Shown: positions 28,501-36,900 of the stretch, one piece after another
Layout: each line of letters opens with the position of its first letter
How positions within the stretch are numbered: position 1 is the stretch's first letter
From: an uncultured Candidatus Poseidoniales archaeon
GTDB taxonomy: Archaea; Thermoplasmatota; Poseidoniia; Poseidoniales; Thalassarchaeaceae
DNA: 64,000 nt
Assembly: GCA_963934015.1 (NCBI GenBank)
Contig: CAWVWT010000005.1
Location: 4,692 to 68,691 of the forward strand
Direction: 5' to 3'
Translations under genes and position numbers: made by a program
The notes under the pieces: generated by a model
Told to the model about the DNA's origin: nothing
Seen by the model: only the letters and a program-made list of their open reading frames with translations
The model's database searches: none

Positions 28501-30837
28501 TGCGGCTTCAATCTGTTCGTAAGGTGCTGATACGGAGGCCATGATACCGCAATCCGGCACCTCGACACCACCCATTTCGGTACCACGTGCTGCTACTGCA
28601 CGTAGCGCACTATCGAAATCAAGTATCCCGGCAACCATCAATGCTGCATATTCTCCCAAAGAATGACCTGCAACCATATCGGGTTCAAGTCCGTGTGCTT
28701 TCATCAGACGATACAGGCCGAGGTCAGCGGTCAGCATCGCCGGCTGAGTATACTCGGTTTGTTTGAGTTTGGATTCTGATTCTTTCCTCTCAGCCTCAGA
28801 AAGGTTTTCGCGAAGCACGAATGAAGACAACGTTTCACCATCGAGGACTTCGATCATTGTACTATCAGCTTCATCCCAAGTTTCTCCAATGCAACCATAA
28901 CGCTTAGACAAATCAAGTGTCATGCCAACATATTGACTACCTTGACCGGGATAGAGATGCGCGACCTTAGCGTGGTCAGGTAGTGACGCCGTGTCGGTAA
29001 TCATCACCATTTGTTTAGCCAAAAAGTCCCATTTTGAACGATCATCAATCGACTTATCTAGTAGATCAAATCGCTTTGAAAGTTGAGCCCAATCACTGGC
29101 GACAATCGCACACCGAATACCCTCTGCGGTATAACCTCGGCTTGCCAAAGGTAGAGCAGTTGAAAGTCGCTTTCCATGGGGGTCATTGTCGAAATTCGAG
29201 CCACTAAACAAGTCGTTACGGATTCTACTGAGTTTGGCAATGAGTGATTTACTATCTGGGGCATTCACGAGAAGAACCCCCCCCTCGATATCCTTCAATT
29301 CGTCATGGGATAATGTAGCCGTGGATGAAACCGTTGTCGGCACCATTGCACCGGGGTTCAGCCATGCTGCACGGCGGGCATCAAACTCATTTGCGACAAG
29401 TAAATGAAAATCTCGATCATAGGACTCAATGGCACAATGGAAATTTGTGCCACCAAATCCAAACGATGACACCCCCGCTCGACGAGGATGTCCGTTTGGT
29501 GTAATCCATGGTTTAGGTTCTGTCGGGACATAAAATGGATTCGTGCCCCAATCAATATTTTCATTAGGTGTAGAAAAACCTGCACTGGGTGGTATTGTGG
29601 CAGTATGAACTGCTCGAATAGCCTTGACCAATCCTGCGATTCCGGCTGCTGCTTTGAGGTGCCCAATTTGACTCTTGATTGAACCAACTGCAACCGATTG
29701 CCCTGCGGGCGTATTTTCAAATGCTGAAGATAAACTGGTCAATTCGGTTGCATCACCGACAACTGTCGATGTTCCGTGGGCTTCGATCAATTCGACTGTG
29801 GATGAATCGTAACCAGCCTGCATATAGGCACGGCTAACCGCTTGGATTTGACCGCGGGTACTCGGTGCAGTGATGCCTTTGCCACGACCATCGCTACTCG
29901 CCCCCACGCCACGAATGACCGCTTGAATCGCGTCTCCATCTCTGATTGCATCTGAGAGTCGTTTCAATGTGAGGGCCCCCGAACCTTCACCCATGACAAA
30001 TCCATTCGCCTTGATGTCAAAGGGTGTTGAATGAGTCGCTGAAAGAGCGCCAATTGCGCTGAACTTTGCGAAGGTTGCTGGATCCATTGTACGATCGCTT
30101 GCTCCGGCCACCATCAAATCGACTTGCCGTGTTTGTAGCAATCGGCAGGCATCGAGTACAGCAGCAAAGGTAGAGGCGCAGGCTGCATCGGTGGAATAAT
30201 TCGGCCCCTGTAAATCAAGAAGGTTAGCAACACGTCCTGAAACAACGTTGGCAAGTTCACCTGGCATCGTATCTTCTGTCACCAACGGAAGTCCATCGAG
30301 AATAGCTGCTTTGAACGCTGCTTTGCCTTCACTGGGCATCCCACCAGCTTCAACTGCGTGCCGAGCGAACTGATCTGCCCATATTCTATGATTGGATAAA
30401 TTACGATTCTCACCCCCTAGTGCATTTGCGAATATCACACCAGTACGAGCACGCGGTAATTCCTTGCCGCCTTCACCCATGTATCCTGCATCTTCCAATG
30501 CCGCTGCACTGACTGTAACTGCCCACTGCTGAGTTAGGTCGATTTGCGGGAGTGAACCAGGTGGGACTTTCCAACGTCTCCAATCGAATTCGTAATTCTC
30601 AATCCAACCGCCAATTTTCGAATAGGTCTTGTTGGCGTCGACATTCTTCGGCCCTCCTTCGACCCAAAAGTCAGAGGAAACCCACCGGTGGTCTGGGACT
30701 TCCTTTATCGATACTTTCGCCGACAAAATGTTTGACCAAAACGCATCTACATCGAGTGCATCCGGCAACAGAGTTGCAACACCGATGACAGCAACCGGTT
30801 CAAACGGATCTTGCGGATTTTCATCAAGGATTGTCAA
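22552..30837 (-). CDS. PUFA-synthase / type I PKS-FAS-like megasynthase, KS-AT-KS-ACP-ACP-KR-DH
   Basis: KS1 nt 29428..30804 (DAACAST, EAHGTST, SQIGHLKAAAG). AT 28063..28965 (YPGQGSQ, GHSLGEY, HAFHS). Degenerate carrier-like segment 27574..27786. KS2 26098..27489 (NNACASTPS, MSHEPATPP, GFTGHPMGTG). ACP-like 25600..25806 and 25279..25485 (LGIDTVKQAEI). KR 23698..24423 (SGGGSGV, YAAAN). DH 22603..23490 (HSIEGTPYHP). No TE domain seen. Confidence 0.9.
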   Translation of the reverse strand: MTILDENPQDPFEPVAVIGVATLLPDALDVDAFWSNILSAKVSIKEVPDHRWVSSDFWVEGGPKNVDANKTYSKIGGWIENYEFDWRRWKVPPGSLPQIDLTQQWAVTVSAAALEDAGYMGEGGKELPRARTGVIFANALGGENRNLSNHRIWADQFARHAVEAGGMPSEGKAAFKAAILDGLPLVTEDTMPGELANVVSGRVANLLDLQGPNYSTDAACASTFAAVLDACRLLQTRQVDLMVAGASDRTMDPATFAKFSAIGALSATHSTPFDIKANGFVMGEGSGALTLKRLSDAIRDGDAIQAVIRGVGASSDGRGKGITAPSTRGQIQAVSRAYMQAGYDSSTVELIEAHGTSTVVGDATELTSLSSAFENTPAGQSVAVGSIKSQIGHLKAAAGIAGLVKAIRAVHTATIPPSAGFSTPNENIDWGTNPFYVPTEPKPWITPNGHPRRAGVSSFGFGGTNFHCAIESYDRDFHLLVANEFDARRAAWLNPGAMVPTTVSSTATLSHDELKDIEGGVLLVNAPDSKSLIAKLSRIRNDLFSGSNFDNDPHGKRLSTALPLASRGYTAEGIRCAIVASDWAQLSKRFDLLDKSIDDRSKWDFLAKQMVMITDTASLPDHAKVAHLYPGQGSQYVGMTLDLSKRYGCIGETWDEADSTMIEVLDGETLSSFVLRENLSEAERKESESKLKQTEYTQPAMLTADLGLYRLMKAHGLEPDMVAGHSLGEYAALMVAGILDFDSALRAVAARGTEMGGVEVPDCGIMASVSAPYEQIEAALQAEDGYVIAANKNSPKMTVIAGETEPMKRVMKKFEQAGTPCIQLQTSHAFHSRIVAPANEPLRNFLEGLEIQLPQIPTTSNFDGGWYPNVAPAGSSPKEAILSKLAPQMASTVEWTKQMETMYAAGARLFVEVGPKRALALFAEQIFEERPKIVTNTNHPKVGGIASFHAALAVHALSGRIPNMPDADSNILTEAFKAGVRISTPGFIQGPITVEASIIPPQANVQSFNKEEQDEVERRSKEIAIAKIVSNVSGFPLRMIHGSTNFETIGLSETKISEIYQKIQSNYRVKGSTNAKTLPALVEWLDEVPRSSPTLNQGIDVRRNTAVIDPLSSRRENPYVFSGISLGLPGMEEVFAPDTFDRIIRGDNFISQLSDEVKQRLLDRNLVRIIKHADGSAEFVPCNDFSLIPQLAGQKGHFDLAEQYGVDPKVVEAMDISTSLAIAAGVEALKDAGLPLIAVEQINKAGKRHIQQWHLPESERDRTGVIFASCFPGIDQAMRHAQNNGADESGHFDRRFLLQILTMGHSQFAQLIGARGPNAAINNACASTPSAIAIAEDWLTTGRCDRVIVVSADDATSDELMTWIGSGFAAAGAHAMGNVVEDVSLPFDARRSGMLLGMGAAAFVIERNNLSLERGVTPYVELLGTHLANSAYHPTRLDVDHVSNSLDFFISKMERDWDLDRHSIASRTSFMSHEPATPPRGGSAAAEIQALRRTFGDSASEIIITNTKGFTGHPMGTGIEDAVSIRGLCQGEFPPIANFKEPDPELGDLRLSMGGPVDVEYVVRHAAGFGSQMAFTMVKRIAKHLDRLNRTQIADWTSKAAGGDADLRILNRKLVAYINPNEMIIGGIQGTPWAVAKQDVGIRPEPIPKLKPKPQPTATAKEVIEVNSPLPSSTVGTKVVEVVVKHTGYPADFIELDQDLEGELGIDTVKQAEIMAELRDFYGLPVDESFVLSEHPTLNHMIAYLGVGPSTEPPSLEPIVIAESGIVEAPAIQVSTPISGDVAMKVVEVVVKHTGYPADFIELDQDLEGELGIDTVKQAEIMAELRDFYGLPVDESFVLSEHPTLNHMIAYLGQEGSEEVVEEPIQSELPEGQQNPVSNIIPIEPGTIGVRRWQVEVEEVPPEAATPLDIDGKVVAVTDDPWGVADTLCHILGAAGIDTVRIMLDPSIVSKIKIEKDGPVDIVRVNPGNHKQLAEVSAHLAKIGNVVALLHLSPLRLAGVGWESQTQQAQLTSTTHGLFGLLKSLDPHFSSIKDGVVMSVSAMDGRHGNASSRFNALAAGAHGIVKSYAKEKPHLRCRAVDIDPELLADPTALAHQIWAEAFGRTSPSEVGISRDGKRWALRLYEEDLSEDVKPLQADDVWVVSGGGSGVTARCIVGAAELSKSAGATFVLLGRTRLDATIEDWLQDDEATLQERKLKLRDEMIAQSESGKVTMVEWDIEWNKQMRSLEIHRTIFNIQATGNHALYDACDVTNSKSVAKVIAAVRKECGPITGIVHGAGLEDSKLVAEKSWDTFTKVISVKIDGWRALVDSLEDELDQLRVLCAFTSVAGRFGNSGQVDYAAANNILDAEMCRIAHHEDAPRAVAIAWSGWRDIGMATRGSLESVFMQAGIETIPVETGVEIFVKEMLGGGKRRVVAAGALGILDDQGSKRAPPQKFPADTAGALSESERFPFVDRILKHDLYTEIFTECTLSTARFPFLIDHSIEGTPYHPGVMAMEMFAQSALLLYPMCNLEGFAEVKFGLPIKLVKDEVRVRVKAEYSDQDHNSLYIKCHVESDLVNSKGEVFGEPRIHHEGIVRLLKEGAVRDASVSFMNSPGRGEASFQPNFIYDRFFHGPRFQVHGGLIKGVSDGDDLGADGIALLRSQLPNSQLFDEGPALLESLPMLIEACFQNAGLVTMEIDEISSLPIGIEECKILRVPAVREKLRVRSYRRDHEAGGITIHDAMIFDRNQKPIVSLKGLRLKGMAPVPEKLRFSLKRKGK
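25280..25807. repeat. perfect 207-bp direct repeat (25280..25486 and 25601..25807) encoding the two carrier domains
   Basis: The two copies are identical base for base on comparison, at a 321-nt period (107 aa). They encode identical 69-aa segments KVVEVVVKHTGYPADF...NHMIAYLG. Confidence 0.95.
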
Positions 30838-30846
30838 TTTCTCGCC

Positions 30847-31638
30847 TCAGTCACTGATACTATCCGGTACCATCGTGCTGGAATACCCAGCATCGACATG
30901 GATGATTTGCCCTGTAACACCTGAACCAAGCGGGCTAGATAGCCAAACCGCACAACCTGCAACATCGTCTTGATTGACGTTGCGGCGAAGAGGTGAATTA
31001 CGTTCGACATGGTCGAGAATGTCATCAAATCCTGGAATCCCACCTGCGGCCAAAGTTCGAATTGGACCTGATGAAATTGCATTGACACGATGGCCTTCTT
31101 CGCCGACACGCATAGCCAATTCACGGACCCATGCTTCAAGCGCAGCTTTGGCGATACTCATCACACCGTAATTTGGAACATGCCGAGTACTGGCTGCATA
31201 AGTGAGGGTAATAGTCGAAGAATTTGGCGCAAGATGTGGAAGGGCATGGCGCATGATGCGTTGCAAAGAATGTGCTGAGATTGTCATCGCAGTATTGAGG
31301 GCATCATCTTCGACAAATAGCATGTGCCGATCGAAACATTCCCTCGGGGCAAATCCAATCGCATGTATGACGATGTCAGCCTTGGCTCCTGGTGCCATCT
31401 GTTGCCATTCATGGAAGAATTCAGCAGTGGTTTCCTCGGCAGCTACATCGATTGGATAGAACGCCTCAATGGCCTCAAGTTTATCCTTTAGCTGGAAAAC
31501 TCGACTCATGAATCTCTTCTGATATCCGAGAATTAGTTTGCACCCAGCCTCAGCCAACCGATTGCAAATTGCCCACGCGATGGAATCCTCGGATGCAACC
31601 CCAAACACCAGTGCAGTCTTTCCTTCAAGTTGCAACAT
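30847..31638 (-). CDS. fabI: enoyl-ACP reductase, FabI type (SDR)
   Basis: GKTALVFGVASEDSIAWAICNRLAEAG, a Y-x6-K region (PNYGVMSIAKAALE) and NAISSGPIRTLAA. Stop lies 9 nt before the megasynthase start. Confidence 0.85.
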   Translation of the reverse strand: MLQLEGKTALVFGVASEDSIAWAICNRLAEAGCKLILGYQKRFMSRVFQLKDKLEAIEAFYPIDVAAEETTAEFFHEWQQMAPGAKADIVIHAIGFAPRECFDRHMLFVEDDALNTAMTISAHSLQRIMRHALPHLAPNSSTITLTYAASTRHVPNYGVMSIAKAALEAWVRELAMRVGEEGHRVNAISSGPIRTLAAGGIPGFDDILDHVERNSPLRRNVNQDDVAGCAVWLSSPLGSGVTGQIIHVDAGYSSTMVPDSISD

Positions 31639-31712
31639 GAAACCACTCTCAGCCCTTTGGGCTGTGGGCTTCGACAGCGGACGGGTTTTGAGGGTGCCCC
31701 TTAGAAGTGACC

Positions 31713-32612
31713 CTACGGGTCAATTTCACCATACAGTGCGCCGGGCCAGATAGATTGTACGTGATGCAGTAATTCTTCAGTCTGTTCGACATCTATTGTT
31801 CCAAGAAGATTGGAAACTAGTGATTGAGTTCTCTTTGGCACTGTTTTAGGGCCAAGGACTGCACCAGGCCGCGATGGATCATCCAGATAATCGGTTTCCA
31901 TCGTCCATGTAGATGAACAGTGGCGATATGTTTCCATGATTGTAGAAAGGCTATCTTTGCCCATGCTGACAGAAGAGGATAATCCATGTGTGAAGGATTC
32001 ACCAACATTTGCAGCAGCGTAATGGTGTATGGCATGTTTTCGCATCAAACCAGAACGATCACAAATTGTTGCCAATTCAGCATTTGTTTGAGCTCCGTTA
32101 TCCTCAACGTGTAATTGAATGGGGAAGCCTGCCTGAGCGGCCATGTGCATTACCACCTCTAATTGTTTATTTGCGGCACCCCATATCTCATCCGATACGG
32201 GATAATGAGGACGGCCGACTTCCCCAAGAGCAACCGCTTGACCTTCTGCGCAATACTCTAATGCGAGAGCGACTGAATCAATATGGAGTTCAGATGATTT
32301 CTCCAACCCTAGTGTATGAATTTGTTTCTCCCAAACCACTGGGTGTGGCCCCAAGATTACACGGACGTCAATTCCAACCTCTCTTCGAACGGTATTAGCC
32401 ATCTCTAGGGTTCCAATGTATGCTTTTTTGACAGCATTAATTGACTCGGGTAAATTAGAAGGAAAATCAGGTTTGTGGACCAAGCAAAGATGCGTCCCCC
32501 CTGCATTTGCAAAATCTTTGGCAGCAGATACACCTCGCCCACTTGGGTCTAAATGAAGGTGTGTATCCCAAATAGGGCCGGTCCAGCGACCCTCTGTGAT
32601 TGTCATTTTCAT
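31713..32612 (-). CDS. TatD-family / amidohydrolase-fold metal-dependent hydrolase
   Basis: WDTHLHLDP metal motif, later HVEDNG and HHYAA. The ATG at 32612 shares one nt with the upstream stop (TGATG). The track start is 32651. Confidence 0.6.
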   Translation of the reverse strand: MKMTITEGRWTGPIWDTHLHLDPSGRGVSAAKDFANAGGTHLCLVHKPDFPSNLPESINAVKKAYIGTLEMANTVRREVGIDVRVILGPHPVVWEKQIHTLGLEKSSELHIDSVALALEYCAEGQAVALGEVGRPHYPVSDEIWGAANKQLEVVMHMAAQAGFPIQLHVEDNGAQTNAELATICDRSGLMRKHAIHHYAAANVGESFTHGLSSSVSMGKDSLSTIMETYRHCSSTWTMETDYLDDPSRPGAVLGPKTVPKRTQSLVSNLLGTIDVEQTEELLHHVQSIWPGALYGEIDP

Positions 32613-33127
32613 CAACCCAATAGATTCTCGTCGGACAATCGTTGTTTCCATCGGCGAGCGGCCATTGCAACCAATTTCACATGACGCGCTTCGGTTGCAA
32701 TTCCTCGGCCATTTCGGAATAGAAGCATCTTGATTTCGTGCCGATTATCATTGATTTGAAGACAATCCAGTTCAGTGTCTAAAACCGCTTCAGGGTATAA
32801 ATCAGGGACACCTTCGAGCGATACTGTGGCCTCAAAATCAAATGATGCGACCACAGGTCCAACTTCAAAGGTCATACCAGATTCTGCTTCACCAAGGCGC
32901 AATAGTACCTCTTTGGCTGCTAGGTGAGCCAAATCTTGCTTTCGGCAACCGTGTACGATGATTTTTCCATCAGGATCAATCAATAATGTTGCTCGAGGCG
33001 CCACCAAAGATAGGGTCACATACCTTCCACTGCGCTTCCCACCAATCTCATCAACAACTCTCTGAGGGTCGAGAACAAAAGCAGGAGTGAATCTAAACAA
33101 TTGATTCTCCACACGTGCTTCTGTCAT
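32612..33127 (-). CDS. divergent TBP-fold (two-repeat) protein
   Basis: Two halves resemble the TBP repeat cores: ATLLIDPDGKIIVHGCRKQDLAHLAAKEVL and KMLLFRNGRGIATEARHVKLVAMAARRW (compare LLIFSSGKxVxTGAKSxxDxxxAV). The canonical FPG and stirrup residues are not evident. ATGA overlap with the upstream gene. Confidence 0.4.
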   Translation of the reverse strand: MTEARVENQLFRFTPAFVLDPQRVVDEIGGKRSGRYVTLSLVAPRATLLIDPDGKIIVHGCRKQDLAHLAAKEVLLRLGEAESGMTFEVGPVVASFDFEATVSLEGVPDLYPEAVLDTELDCLQINDNRHEIKMLLFRNGRGIATEARHVKLVAMAARRWKQRLSDENLLG

Positions 33128-33942
33128 TCTTCTTCATCCCCTACATGCTCTGGTAATGGTGATTCATTCAGTGCGGAATAGATGCTAGGCATCCAAGCCT
33201 GCATGACTGGCACGAGGAGTACGGGCGTCCCTTCACCATCAATCTGTCCCCCGTAAAGTGTACCCAATGCCCCTCGTAAGCGGGATGCTAGACGGGAATC
33301 TCTGCGTGAACATAATTCTGCTGTAAGCACGGATTCAGAACGCGACCACCAAGCAGCAGCAAGAGCGCTTGCTTGCGCCAATCCGGTGGCCTTTGAATCA
33401 TCACGTTCACATTCAGGTGGGCTTGCATTTTTCATTTCTTCCCGCAGCATCTTTTTCCAAATCCGTCCACTGAAAATAGAACGAACAAGGTGTCGGAGAC
33501 GGACCATTTCATCAGCGCAATCCTCGACCCATTCAGTCCATTCTTCGTCTTCGGGTTCAACAAAAAACACAGGTCTGCATCCAGTCCCTGATGTGCTCTC
33601 TGCTGCCGTCAATAGGCGGCGAGGTTCCGGGTCAGGGAACCGACATGATTGGATGGATTCTATTGAGGACATCCCAAGCATCATTCTCGCCAAAGTCCCA
33701 CCACTGGCTGCAATGGAATCGCGATTGATTCCAGGAGATAACCTCTCTTGTTCCGATTGTTCATCCCAGATTTCAGATTCATCATCAGGCAGCAAGAATG
33801 CCAAACCGTCCCACTCCCCAGCAGTACGTCGAAGCGCACCTGTGTGGACCACATTTGGGATGAAGGGCCATAGACGGATGGTGCCACCACAAGGGTCCAC
33901 CCAATCGATTGGCGACCAACTCAAGGACGCCGAATCCATCAT
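33124..33942 (-). CDS. hypothetical protein (272 aa)
   Basis: ORF with an ATG at 33942, 10 nt after the stop of the giant gene. No motif recognised with confidence. The C-terminal part is faintly TraB/GumN-like. Confidence 0.5.
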   Translation of the reverse strand: MMDSASLSWSPIDWVDPCGGTIRLWPFIPNVVHTGALRRTAGEWDGLAFLLPDDESEIWDEQSEQERLSPGINRDSIAASGGTLARMMLGMSSIESIQSCRFPDPEPRRLLTAAESTSGTGCRPVFFVEPEDEEWTEWVEDCADEMVRLRHLVRSIFSGRIWKKMLREEMKNASPPECERDDSKATGLAQASALAAAWWSRSESVLTAELCSRRDSRLASRLRGALGTLYGGQIDGEGTPVLLVPVMQAWMPSIYSALNESPLPEHVGDEEE

Positions 33943-33952
33943 CGGTTCAACC

Positions 33953-36900
33953 TCATTCTTGCGTTGCGAGCCATTCTTCAAGCTGCTCGACACTCCAACC
34001 CTGATCGAAGTAGTTCTGAATGGTTGCCTCATCCCAGAATGGGAATTTCTCCTTGGCAATATCCATCGGACTCTTCATCGCCGCTGGTGGGCCACGAGAG
34101 GCACCAGGTGGACCTCTTCGTTCACCTGGTCGTGTTGCAGGAGGACCGCGACTTTGCATCGGGGTCACCGGTTGCGCTGCCGGGAGGAAATCATCATCTT
34201 CGATATATTCCAACTCATCATCTTCAACAGTTCTGTTGAGCACCAATAGAACGACAACGATAGCAATTATCAGGACGATTACAACTCCGGCAATACCAAC
34301 ATACAAGCCCGTATTACCACTATCTTCGGCTGCATCAAACTTGGCTACATTAAAGTCATCTGTGCGGATAATCACCTGATTATCCATATCCAAAATGGTG
34401 TAATTGACATTTGTCACTGCATTCGGGAATTGAGGCATTGCAATTCGCCATCGGTAATCATCACCTGGTTGAACACTGGTTGGGCATATGCGCTCTTCCG
34501 GTGAACTGGCCACACCATCAATCCATGTCACAATTTGGATTCTGAAATCGCCTTCCTTGTTACCCTCATTCGTGAAATCAATCAAAAGGTCGAATTCGGT
34601 TTCGGCCATTGGCCTATCGACTGATAGATCAATCCGATCAATCTTGAATTTCGCTGATTCATAAGCAATTTCATAGGTCCCAGCACCACTGTTGACCGAG
34701 TTTCCGAATGAACCGGCACCATTGATGGTCTGTCCAGCTGTATCATGACCCGTTAGCCAGAACTTAACAATCACATTCTCCATATCATCAGGGATGGGTT
34801 GTACTGAATCCCATAAGTCAAAACAAGTAGATGTCGCACGTATTCGGCCTTGGGATGATTCCAGATACAACTGTGTACTTTCCCAACCGGGACCATCTTC
34901 AAATGTATTCAGATATTCCGTCCAATTGTACTCAAATCCACCAACCTCTTGGGTCTTGTAGAACATCCAATTCAATTGTACTGAATCAACGTTCATCCCT
35001 TGCAGTTCGTCAATGAAAATTTCTGCATCGAGACAGCCCATCACCGATGAAGAAATACTACCATCTATGCTATCACCCGTCATGGAATTGGACAAATCCC
35101 ATGAACCGAAAACTGCGTCTGGTCTGTCACCATCTACCTTGACGATAAATGATCGTGAAGGTGCAGGGGTGTTGTCTAGAGCACCCTCTGGCATACCGAG
35201 CAATTCCATTGTGTAACTGTACTCATTGGTTGCAGATGCGGCAGGTATAATCAATTGGAAAGAACCATTGTTGAATTCATATTCGTTCACATCTACCAAA
35301 GCTGGAGAATAACCACTGTCAGGCAATCCTGCAGGATAGAGTGGTGACCGTGTAACCTGTAATGTGAGCGGAATCTCGGGGCCAACGAAAATCAAATCGT
35401 TCATCCCTGCACTAAACACATATCGACCCTCAATCACTAAGATGTCCCCTTGGTAAACGAATCCCCCTGATTGAGTTCCGACGCCATCAGTTGGGAATCC
35501 TGATGTATCCTCCACACTGAAAGTTGTCGTATCAAGTTCAATACCACTTGCGTAGGACCAACGTTGAGGGTTTCGAGCGGCACTAATGTGCACCTCGTTA
35601 TTGTTGAGATCCTTATCCTTCATCCCAACATCTGGTGTTTTAACACCACCAACATACGACAGCGGAATCGACCAGAACATACGAATTGGGACATCTAGAG
35701 TGAATTGCTGCTCAAATGGTGAAATCAGAACGTTACCCTCACGCGTGAGCATCCGTGGTTTGATACCAGTGTTTTCATAATCATCCAAGATTTCAATCCA
35801 AGTACTGTTCGTCCACGCTGTATCATTTTGTGGTGAGTAGAAGATTTCTATGCACCCCTCAGGGTCATATGTTTGCACCATTGAAGGATTACAGATAGAG
35901 GGATTCATTGTAATGCGAATCATCTCAATATCTTGCCATCCATTGTCATCCTTTCCATCAACCATCAGGTGATACATGTTACCTGCATAAATCGAACGAT
36001 TGTTCTCGTTAAGCATGGCCCCATGTGAGTCTGAAATGTGGAACCCTTCAACCAAGGGTGTCCGACTTTCCATGGCGATGTAAGTTACCAAATCTTCATT
36101 GACACCTGCGCTACCACCATCAATTTGGTTGCCACCAATATCTCCACCAGAGACGAATAGACTAACCATCTGGGGGGGGTCGATTCCACTGTTTTCATAA
36201 TCGCTGATACATTCACAGGGATGATCGATAAGATAGTATGAGGTGTCCGCTAAAGTTTGTCGTACAAGACCGATTTGTGTATATTCATTCAATTGGGCTT
36301 CCCGATCTTTCTCACCAGTATCGGCATTGATGTACCCTGGGTCAGTTGGACATAGACCATCAAGACCACAATCATCTGAGAATTCTATCCAATAATTGAG
36401 TGTCAATGTCTCGGGTGCGACTGGTAAATCTTGGGCCGCTATTCTGAACTTCTGATTGGAAGATGCCTTCACCCACGTATCATCGGTTAAGTCACGCCAA
36501 TCACCTTGCACACTGAATACTGAGATGTTCATCAGATGAGGTGCAAATGGGTCTAGTGTAATCGAAAATCGGATGGCGCAGTCACTATCTGGATTGAAGC
36601 TACCTGGTGGGCAGATGGTATCGCCATCAGTGTAATTGGACATGAGTAATCGATACTGCTCGTTACCTGCTTCTGATGCTGGTAGATTGGGTTGCCATGA
36701 ATAATCCCCATCAATGGTTGCAGGTGTTGAATCAACAAACAACCAATCCTCAAATGTGAGTTCAGACTGATTGCGCTTCTCCAATAGAACTTGGTAACTA
36801 CCGGGGTTGGGTACAACATCCAAATCTTCGTATCGAATATTAAAATCCAGTGTAATGGTGTTACTTGAGAATGCATTGGTCAAATCCATCTGTTCAACTC

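Noticed and set aside
22552-30837. Possibility that the megasynthase region is bacterial contamination of an archaeal bin
   Set aside because: It sits inside a single contiguous sequence with archaeal informational genes on both sides. It is joined by 4-10 nt spacers to its neighbours, and I saw no compositional break by eye. Chimeric assembly still cannot be excluded without read-level data, so this is listed as a refutation test.
33386-34249. 287-aa ORF on the plus strand
   Set aside because: It is antisense to the 272-aa gene and to the tail of the giant surface-protein gene. The Ser/Arg-rich composition is junk-like. The minus-strand genes have coupled starts and stops that explain the region.
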